A stretch of 28,935 bases of DNA, taken from IMG/VR virus record IMGVR_UViG_3300035180_001652, positions 1 through 28,935 of that record. One strand, 5' to 3'. Below, one piece after another: positions 22,450 through 28,935 of this stretch (positions within the stretch are counted from its first letter, which is position 1; every line of letters begins with the position of its first letter). Under the pieces are notes generated by a model. That model saw only the letters and a program-made list of their open reading frames with translations, did not search any database and was not told the origin of the DNA. The DNA comes from a virus. Taxonomy: Duplodnaviria > Caudoviricetes. The translations under genes were made by a program, and so were the position numbers.

Positions 22450-22668
22450 TTACAGGGCGCGGACAATTTGAACTTCGCCGCTGGCTTTCAGGGAAGCGGC
22501 CAGGGCTGCGGCCTCTTCGACAGTGTTAGCGTGGATAAATCGCATCGTCTCCGACCGAGACCATCCGGGGTTATCCGCGCTCCGATAGTCTTTTGTGACC
22601 ATCACTGTGGGGCGGCCGGCTGTGTCGGTGCCGTAGTAGGCGGCTTTGATTGTGGTGGTAGCAGTCAT
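22450..22668 (-). CDS. Hypothetical protein, first gene of the early operon
   Basis: AGGAGAG RBS directly downstream of the promoter. Confidence 0.75.
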   Translation of the reverse strand: MTATTTIKAAYYGTDTAGRPTVMVTKDYRSADNPGWSRSETMRFIHANTVEEAAALAASLKASGEVQIVRAL

Positions 22669-22686
22669 CGTTTACTCTCCTAGTTA

Positions 22687-22719
22687 GCATCGCGGTGTTG
22701 CGATGCCTGTATTATAACA
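22687..22719 (-). promoter_or_regulatory. Extended -10 sigma-70 early promoter and 5' hairpin
   Basis: TGTTATAAT (22719-22711), then GCATCGC-AACACC-GCGATGC and ACTAGGAGAG. Confidence 0.65.
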
Positions 22720-22782
22720 AACGAGTTCACGACAAAGTCATTCCGTTGCAAACTTTTACACTTTTATTTTTTCTGGCGGGAA

Positions 22783-22886
22783 AGCAAGAAACGTGCCAGG
22801 ATGTCGCAAGCAAGATGCGTGCCAGGTTACGAACGGTTGCAGGGGTTACATTCGGTTACAGTCTCGGGTAGCAAGAAACGTGCCAG
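22783..22886 (-). promoter_or_regulatory. Three sigma-54 (RpoN) -24/-12 consensus elements
   Basis: CTGGCACG-TTTC-TTGCT (22783-22799), CTGGCACG-CATC-TTGCT (22809-22825) and CTGGCACG-TTTC-TTGCT (22870-22886). Confidence 0.8.
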
Positions 22887-23089
22887 GATTGGAACTCTGG
22901 AATCCACCCGGACGGACGGGGTGAAATTTTATAACTCCGGGGTGCCGCCCATTCCGCGTTCAAGTTTCAAAATTCCCCCGCGTTGCTACTACTTGCGGAC
23001 GCTTGCGCCCGTCCAGCGCCTGCTTGCTCCCGCTTGCTCTCCGCCTACGGACGCTTACGCCCGTCAAGCACCCACACAATAAACGTGAC

Positions 23090-23118
23090 TTGACAACGTT
23101 GCGCCGCTGCCGAATAAT
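23090..23118 (+). promoter_or_regulatory. Sigma-70 promoter for the rightward operon
   Basis: TTGACA-17 nt-AATAAT, then a GCACGCA-ATGG-TGCGTGC hairpin and ACTAGGAG RBS. Confidence 0.75.
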
Positions 23119-23164
23119 TCCGCCCAGCACGCAATGGTGCGTGCCCGTCACTAGGAGTAACTAA

Positions 23165-23359
23165 ATGGACATTGACCCGATCTTGAGAACGCGAGACGTC
23201 ATGCGGATCACGGGGCAGGCACGCTCAACTATTTATGACAAGCTCAGCCGCGGCGAATTTCCCAAGCCGGTGAAGCTCGGACAGCGGGCCATCGGCTGGT
23301 ACACATCAGACATCGCCAAGTGGCTGGAATCGCTCAAAGGCGGGCCGAAACATGAGTGA
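23165..23359 (+). CDS. alpA: AlpA-family transcriptional regulator / excisionase-like protein
   Basis: ILRTRDVMRITGQARSTIY...GEFPKPVKLGQRAIGW...DIAKW. Confidence 0.93.
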   Translation: MDIDPILRTRDVMRITGQARSTIYDKLSRGEFPKPVKLGQRAIGWYTSDIAKWLESLKGGPKHE

Positions 23360-23540
23360 TGCTCATGCACATACGGGCGGCCCGGATTCCTCTGGCGCGG
23401 TCAAAATCATCATCGAGGTGAGCGAGGCCGGCGTGCTAAAAATCCATGCATCCGCTCCAGACGAGAGTGCAGTGGTCGTTGCACTGGCTACTGCACTGGC
23501 CGCCGTCAAAAATGTTGACAGCGAGCAGTTTTTGCACTAA
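23352..23540 (+). CDS. Hypothetical protein (62 aa)
   Basis: Overlaps the alpA end and has protein-like composition. Confidence 0.55.
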   Translation: MSDAHAHTGGPDSSGAVKIIIEVSEAGVLKIHASAPDESAVVVALATALAAVKNVDSEQFLH

Positions 23541-23575
23541 TCTACCCACACTCTCTCCTCCTCCCCCTGGAGCTT

Positions 23576-23601
23576 GCGGCCCACTTGTGGGCCGTCTTTT
23601 T
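23576..23601 (+). terminator. Intrinsic terminator-like hairpin immediately before terL
   Basis: GCGGCCCA-CTTG-TGGGCCGT-CTTTTT. Confidence 0.65.
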
Positions 23602-25572
23602 ATGTCTCAGACATCGCCTCTAGTCGAATTGATCGCGGAGTTGCAAGCAGACAAGCAGTTTGCACTCTCCTACATCTTTGCGCATCGGCATCCAGACGAG
23701 ACGCCTGCGTTCCATAAGCAGATCGTTGCTGCGTGGGATGACCCGCACCCCCGCGTGCTCATCGAAGTGTTCCGAGGCGGCGGGAAATCAACGCTCGCAG
23801 AGGAATACCTCACGCTTGCTGCGCTGTTCCAAGAGGCGCAATACATCCTGCTTGTCGGCAACACATACAGCAGTGCGTGTGACCGGCTGGCGAGTATCAA
23901 GCATGAGCTAGAAAACAACGAGAAGATCGGCGCAATGTTCGGCTCGGTGCGCGGGGCGACGTGGACGGAGAACGACATCACCCTGTCCAACGGCGTGCGC
24001 GTGCAGGCGTTCGGTGCCGGACAGAGCGTGCGCGGGGCGAAGGAAGTGACGCGCAACATGCGCCCTGACCTGGTGCTGATCGACGATCTGGAGGATCGGG
24101 AGTCGGTGGCCACGCCAGAAGCGCGGCGCAAGGTGTGGCAGTGGTTCACTCGTGAGCTTGTCCCCGCGTGCGACCCCAAGGCGCGTATCCGCGTCAACGG
24201 CACGCCGCTGCACGAGAACTCCATGATTGAGGAACTCAAGCGCAATGCAAACTGGAAGTGCTTGAGCTTCCCCATCTACACCGGAGTAGAACCTGACCGG
24301 GTGCCCATGTGGCCTGCGCGGTTCTCGCTGGAGAAGATCAACGAGCTTTATGAGCAGTTCAGGACGGACGGCGACCTTGCGGGGTTCAGCCAGGAATACC
24401 TGCTCAAGCCTATGGACGCGGTAGCCAGCATCTTCGACCGCAACGACATTATCTACGCTGCGCCGTCCCCTGCGCATCTTTACATCCCGCGCATCTTGAT
24501 CGTTGACCCGGCGCGGACGACAAACCGCTCCACAAGTGCGCGGACGGGCTACGTCGTGGGGTCGTGGGTTGGCAACGAGCTACACGTCCATGAGGCGGTC
24601 GGTGGGTTCCACACGCCGTCAGAGCAGATCGAGTATCTCTTCCGGCTCAACGATGCGCATCACCCGATGACGGTGGCCGTCGAAGAAGATGGCCTCAACC
24701 AGTGGCTCTTGCAGCCCATTCGGGCGGAAATGGTGCGCAGGGCGGACATCTTGCCGTTGCAGCCGGTCAAGGCCCCGCGTGACAAGATCAGCTTCATCAA
24801 GGGGTTGCAGCCGTTCTTCAGGGCGCATGAGGTCAAGTTTCTCAAGCCGCTGCCTGACCTTGAGGCGGAGCTTGCCAGTTTCCCCCTCGGGCGCGTCGAT
24901 ATTGTCAACGCGCTGGCCTACATGCTTAGGCTTCGGCCAGGGATGCCGGTCTACGCGGCGTTCAGTTCGGACCACATTCAGCACCGCGTGCCCAACGCCC
25001 GAGCAGACTGGTATGTGTTCGTGAACGCCACGCCGGGGATGCTATTTGCAACCCTCGCGTTTGTGCAGGACGGCCTGTTGAGCGTCGTCAAGGACTGGGT
25101 GATCGAGGGGTCGCTCGACGATAGCTTGCGGGCCGTGCTCATGTCCGTCAGCCACGAGATTCCCACAGGCAAGGTGCCGCAGATTGTGGTGCCGTATGAC
25201 CGCACGCTCATCAACGACGCGTCGAACTTGCCCGCAACGCTTAAGCGGCTGCGGCTGCAATTCCGCACCGGGAAGCGGATTGTTGACGCACAGGAAAGCC
25301 TCGACTCGGCGTTGCGGCTCCGGCGTAACAATGCGCCTACATTCACCGTCAGCCCCGAGGCGACGTGGACGCTCAATGCTCTGGCTGGTGGATATTGCCG
25401 CGAAGCAGGGACAGCATCGTTCGCGGTGCGAGAAAACGTTTACAAACACGTTGCGCAGGCGTTAGAGTCTGGCTATGCGAGTTTGAGCGGTTACGCGCTG
25501 GACTCCGAGCGAGACGATCTCGTTTATAGTTACACCAGCACCGGGCGGCCTTACATTTCGATGCGACGGTAA
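23602..25572 (+). CDS. terL: Terminase large subunit with C-terminal extension
   Basis: TPAFHKQI, Walker A FRGGGKST, Walker B LVLIDDLED, NGTPLH, FSQEYL, nuclease IVDPA, and FPLGRVDIVNAL. Confidence 0.93.
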   Translation: MSQTSPLVELIAELQADKQFALSYIFAHRHPDETPAFHKQIVAAWDDPHPRVLIEVFRGGGKSTLAEEYLTLAALFQEAQYILLVGNTYSSACDRLASIKHELENNEKIGAMFGSVRGATWTENDITLSNGVRVQAFGAGQSVRGAKEVTRNMRPDLVLIDDLEDRESVATPEARRKVWQWFTRELVPACDPKARIRVNGTPLHENSMIEELKRNANWKCLSFPIYTGVEPDRVPMWPARFSLEKINELYEQFRTDGDLAGFSQEYLLKPMDAVASIFDRNDIIYAAPSPAHLYIPRILIVDPARTTNRSTSARTGYVVGSWVGNELHVHEAVGGFHTPSEQIEYLFRLNDAHHPMTVAVEEDGLNQWLLQPIRAEMVRRADILPLQPVKAPRDKISFIKGLQPFFRAHEVKFLKPLPDLEAELASFPLGRVDIVNALAYMLRLRPGMPVYAAFSSDHIQHRVPNARADWYVFVNATPGMLFATLAFVQDGLLSVVKDWVIEGSLDDSLRAVLMSVSHEIPTGKVPQIVVPYDRTLINDASNLPATLKRLRLQFRTGKRIVDAQESLDSALRLRRNNAPTFTVSPEATWTLNALAGGYCREAGTASFAVRENVYKHVAQALESGYASLSGYALDSERDDLVYSYTSTGRPYISMRR

Positions 25573-25617
25573 ATGCTTAAGCCGCCAGCCCCAATTACAT
25601 TCTTGCATGGCCGATAA

Positions 25618-27720
25618 ATGACTGAAGATGACCGCGATCTAGAGCAGGAGCAAGAACGAGATTACGTCACCAAAAAAGACGTGCTCGAACAAGCTAAAGA
25701 GGTCTACCGAGACGTGATCGAGGCATACCTTGCCCGCGAGGATCGTGATCGGGACATTGAGAAGTTTTGGGACATTTACAACTGCAAGCTGGGCGACGAT
25801 CAGGCTTACGCTGGTAAGTCGAAGGTATTTGTGCCCATTGTGCGTGACGCGGTGGAAGCGCGGACGCTGCGGTTTAGCAACGCCCTCTTCCCGAGTAATG
25901 GGCGATACGTCGAGTGCATTTCCAGCACGCAAGATACGGCACGGGCGCTGACGGCGCTACAAAACCACTATGTGCGTGCGAGCCGACTGCGCGAAGTAAT
26001 TACGTCACTGTTGCGTGCTGGCGACATTACGGGCCAATACAGCCTGTATGTGGACTGGCAGACGCGAGCACGCACCGTCACTGAGCGGCAGCTAGAGGAA
26101 GTGCTGACTCCTGAGGGGCTGCCGACCGGCGTGCAGATCGAGACGGAAAAGGAAGTCGAGGTTGAAGTAGGCCTGCCGGATGTGTGGGTGATCGCCGACC
26201 AAGACCTGGCGGTCATCCCGGCGACGGTGGACAACATCGACGACGCGGACGTGGTAGCCGTCACTTTGCGGGCGACGAAGTCTTGGCTGCGCGAGCGCAA
26301 GGATCAGTTCTCGCCGAAGCAATACAAGCGGGCGATGGAGCTGTTCTCCGTCTCGTCGGACCGCAAGGAGAACCCCAACCATCCCGACGACCCTAAGCGG
26401 CAGGCCAAGGAAGCCGGGGTTAAGAGCGACAAAGGCACAAAACACTTGATGCTGCATCAGGTGTGGTGCAATCTGAAAATTGACGGGGAATACACACCTT
26501 GTTACTTTGTCGCCTTCGGGCCGGACGAGTTCTTGACGATCAAGAAAAACCCGTTTTGGGGGCAACGCCCGCCCATTATTTCGGCGCCGGTCAAAAAACT
26601 GCCGGGGAGTTTTTGGGGCGTCAGCCCGATCAAGGCCGTTGCCCAGTTGCAGTATCAAGCGAACGATGCGGTCAATATGGGGATGGACGCTGCGCAGTAT
26701 GCTCTTGCGCCTATCGTCATGACGAACCCAGAGCGCAACCCTCGCGTGGGGTCGATGGTGCTGGAAATGGCCGCCGTGTGGGAAACCAGCCCGCAGGACA
26801 CGCAGATTTTGCAGTTCCCGAAGCTGTGGCAGGACGCTTTGCAACTGGTCGCAGCCACAAAGTCGCAGATTCAGGAGAGTTTCGGCCTCAACCCGGCCAT
26901 GATGCCGATGGGTGGGTCGCCGTCACGCAAGCCGACGCAAGCCCAGGTGGCACTGGAACAGCAAGTGACGATAGAAGGGATCAGCGACGCTGTTCGCGTG
27001 CTGGAGTCGTTCATTTTGACGCCTCTGGTTGAGCGGATCTTTGAGTATGACCAGCAGTTTCGCGATAAAGACGCCAGCATTGAGCACTTTGGCGAGCTAG
27101 GCTATGAGGCAGAACTGGAGCGCGTGCCTCCGGTGCAGTGGGGAACGCGGTATCGGTTCGTGTGGAACGGCGTGCAGCGGATGCAGAACACGCAAAACGT
27201 CCAGCAAATGATCGCTGCGATGAACGTGCTGCGCGGGATTCCACCCGCACAACTCGGCGGGCGCACGCTCGACATTGGGCCGATCCTGGATGTGCTGACC
27301 GACACCGTGTTTGGCCCCAGGTTGGCAAGCCGTATTCTCAAGTCGCCGCGAGAAACGTTGAGTATCGACCCGCGCCTGGAAAACGAAATGCTGATCCAGA
27401 ACATGCCGGTTGTTCCAAGCCCGATGGACAACGACGCCGAGCACATTCAGATGCACCACATGGCCGCCATGCAGACTGGCGACCCGACGCACCAGATTGC
27501 GTCGCACATTCAGCTTCACAACCGCCAGATGCAGCAGAAAGCCGCTGCCCAAGCCCCGCAAGGCGCACCAGGAATTCCTGGCGGTGCGGGGCCGGGTGTG
27601 CCGGGGACGCCACGCATTGGCGGGCAAGCAGTTGGGCCGCGCGGTGTAGCGCAGCAGCCCCCTGGTGCAGTTCACCCCGACCAGATGCACGCGCCGGGTG
27701 TTATGCCCCGGAAAATGTAA
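25618..27720 (+). CDS. Portal protein (P22-like, 700 aa)
   Basis: Lies between terL and scaffold. SKVFVPIVRDAVEA, PGSFWG..P and LQYQAND.VN...D motifs; Gln/Pro/Gly-rich tail. Confidence 0.88.
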   Translation: MTEDDRDLEQEQERDYVTKKDVLEQAKEVYRDVIEAYLAREDRDRDIEKFWDIYNCKLGDDQAYAGKSKVFVPIVRDAVEARTLRFSNALFPSNGRYVECISSTQDTARALTALQNHYVRASRLREVITSLLRAGDITGQYSLYVDWQTRARTVTERQLEEVLTPEGLPTGVQIETEKEVEVEVGLPDVWVIADQDLAVIPATVDNIDDADVVAVTLRATKSWLRERKDQFSPKQYKRAMELFSVSSDRKENPNHPDDPKRQAKEAGVKSDKGTKHLMLHQVWCNLKIDGEYTPCYFVAFGPDEFLTIKKNPFWGQRPPIISAPVKKLPGSFWGVSPIKAVAQLQYQANDAVNMGMDAAQYALAPIVMTNPERNPRVGSMVLEMAAVWETSPQDTQILQFPKLWQDALQLVAATKSQIQESFGLNPAMMPMGGSPSRKPTQAQVALEQQVTIEGISDAVRVLESFILTPLVERIFEYDQQFRDKDASIEHFGELGYEAELERVPPVQWGTRYRFVWNGVQRMQNTQNVQQMIAAMNVLRGIPPAQLGGRTLDIGPILDVLTDTVFGPRLASRILKSPRETLSIDPRLENEMLIQNMPVVPSPMDNDAEHIQMHHMAAMQTGDPTHQIASHIQLHNRQMQQKAAAQAPQGAPGIPGGAGPGVPGTPRIGGQAVGPRGVAQQPPGAVHPDQMHAPGVMPRKM

Positions 27721-27763
27721 TGCTTACTCAGGAGGCCGTTATGCTGCATTGACTGGCTGAGTG

Positions 27764-27791
27764 TTGCAATTTGTTTGGTTTGATGTAGTAT
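27764..27791 (+). promoter_or_regulatory. Possible sigma-70-like promoter for scaffold/capsid genes
   Basis: TTGCAA-16 nt-TAGTAT in AT-rich intergenic DNA. Confidence 0.4.
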
Positions 27792-27801
27792 TTGCGCATC
27801 A

Positions 27802-27852
27802 TCGACTGACGTCCGTAAGACGTTGTTCGACTTGTGGCCGTAAGCACACTAG
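27802..27852 (+). promoter_or_regulatory. Tandem RNA hairpins with identical CGUAA loops in the scaffold leader
   Basis: TCGACTGACGTC-CGTAA-GACGTTGTTCGA and CTTGTGGC-CGTAA-GCACACTAG, abutting the GAGG RBS. Confidence 0.6.
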
Positions 27853-27860
27853 AGGTAAGC

Positions 27861-28628
27861 ATGAACGACGATCAAGAATTTGAAGGTGGCTTGGATGAAA
27901 TCGACACGGAGCAAATCACTCCCAACGGTGACGAAAATGGCGACGCACAGCAAGGCGCTGATGAGAATGCCGAAGTCGTCGGCCAAGATGGAAGTGAAGA
28001 CGCCGACGCCGATGACGAAGCCATTGCCGAGGCTGCTCGCGCCGCGCAAGCGGAGCAAGTAAGCCGTTCTTCAAGAGCACAAGACCGGATTCGCCGGCAA
28101 CAGGAGGAATTGCAACGCGAGCGTCAAGCACGCGAATCGGCAGAACGAGAACGTCAGCTATTGCTGCAACAGCTTGAGCAACAGCGTGCCGCGCTGGAAC
28201 AGGCTCGACAGCAGCAATATCTTGAAACGCTCGACCCCGCCGAACGCCAAGCGTATTTGCTTCAGCAACGCATGGAGCAAATGCAGCGTGAGATGCAGCA
28301 ACAGCAGTTCAGCCAGCAGGACATGATGGACAAGATGGCGTTTCAGCAGCGTGCGCTGCAAAACCCGATGATTGGCAAGTATGTCGATCGGGTTGAGCAG
28401 ACGCTGATGCAGATGCGTGCAAAAGGCCAGACTGCCCCCCGCGAGTCGATTTTGAAATTTTTGGTCGGTGAAGATGTGCTTACCAAGGCTCCGGCGTCTA
28501 TCGCCAAAGCCGCTAAAGCCGCTTCTAAGTCTACGTCCAAGCCGCTACGCGCTCGTGGCAATGCCGCCCCAGGCGCAGCGGATGAAGATGCAGATCTGGA
28601 AGAACGCCTCTCTCGGATCACCTTTTAA
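27861..28628 (+). CDS. Capsid scaffolding protein
   Basis: GAGGT RBS before ATG 27861. Acidic N-terminus and Gln/Glu/Arg coiled coil; lies between portal and capsid. Confidence 0.85.
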   Translation: MNDDQEFEGGLDEIDTEQITPNGDENGDAQQGADENAEVVGQDGSEDADADDEAIAEAARAAQAEQVSRSSRAQDRIRRQQEELQRERQARESAERERQLLLQQLEQQRAALEQARQQQYLETLDPAERQAYLLQQRMEQMQREMQQQQFSQQDMMDKMAFQQRALQNPMIGKYVDRVEQTLMQMRAKGQTAPRESILKFLVGEDVLTKAPASIAKAAKAASKSTSKPLRARGNAAPGAADEDADLEERLSRITF

Positions 28629-28640
28629 GGACTTTGCATC

Positions 28641-28935
28641 ATGGCAACAAACAACGCCGCCAACTTTGCCGCAGACGTCGGTAAATATATTCAGAAAAAG
28701 ACGCTGGAGTTGACTCAGCGCCAGATTGTTGTGTCTCAACTCGCGGAGCGGGTTGAGCTGCCGAAAGGCATGGGCACAACCTACTATGCGTTCCGTTACG
28801 AGCGCGTCCCCCTGCCCTACACCACCTTGTCGGAAGGCGTGCCCTCCGCTGGCGAGACGATGACGATTACGCAAGTGACCGGCACCGTGGCGCAGTGGGG
28901 CGACCTGATCCGCATCACGGACGTTGCTGAACTGA
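28641..28935 (+). CDS. Major capsid protein (N4-gp56-like), 3' truncated
   Basis: TAAGGA RBS. MATNNAANFAADVGKYIQKKTLEL...LPKGMGTT..AFRY...LSEGVP....MTITQVTGTVAQWGDLIRITDV. Confidence 0.9.
   Translation, partial: MATNNAANFAADVGKYIQKKTLELTQRQIVVSQLAERVELPKGMGTTYYAFRYERVPLPYTTLSEGVPSAGETMTITQVTGTVAQWGDLIRITDVAEL

Larger units (their letters stand above)
1..28935. mobile_element. Tailed dsDNA bacteriophage (podovirus-like) genome segment
   Basis: Continuous phage gene content: terminase, portal, scaffold, capsid, lysis, ejection and PolA-type replication genes. No host housekeeping genes, integrase or repressor recognised in the window. Confidence 0.97.

Noticed and set aside
22530-22538. DnaA box-like TTATCCACG (also near 12045)
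   Set aside because: These are isolated 8/9 matches inside coding sequence, with no cluster.
22783-22889. Mini-CRISPR array from the three 20-bp repeats
   Set aside because: The gaps are 6 and 41 bp, and the conserved positions match the sigma-54 consensus.
1-28935. tRNA, rRNA, integrase or att sites
   Set aside because: None was recognisable by eye; a tRNAscan-SE or Infernal run would be needed to exclude small RNAs.

Overview
The whole window is a tailed dsDNA phage genome segment with a podovirus-like gene set: P22-type portal, N4-gp56-like capsid and three ejection-protein-like genes. It is GC-rich; the host is probably a Proteobacterium (inference). There are three blocks. (i) Rightward late genes 1-8149: end of a repeat-containing virion/tail protein, GH108 endolysin, 3TM holin, cupin, three DNA-ejection-like proteins and a PurD-like ATP-grasp enzyme. 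(ii) A leftward early/replication block 8137-22668: prim-pol/DUF927 primase-helicase, SSB-like protein, SNF2 helicase, VRR-NUC, Cas4-like nuclease, DUF3310, family A DNA polymerase, a truncated beta-clamp homologue, two Cys-rich repeat proteins and small ORFs. (iii) A divergent control region, then rightward AlpA, TerL, portal, scaffold and the start of the major capsid gene. The strongest oddity is an intein in polymerase motif B whose HNH-type homing endonuclease is encoded in a different, overlapping reading frame while the intein frame stays open. Other notable observations: three consensus sigma-54 (-24/-12) sites in tandem upstream of the early genes; a CU-rich terminated RNA end complementary to a GGAGAGAG RBS motif shared by early genes; twin CGUAA-loop hairpins before the scaffold gene; a TerL with a second degenerate nuclease domain; and the substrate-altered PurD-like ligase. 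All family calls come from motif recognition by eye. No database search was run.
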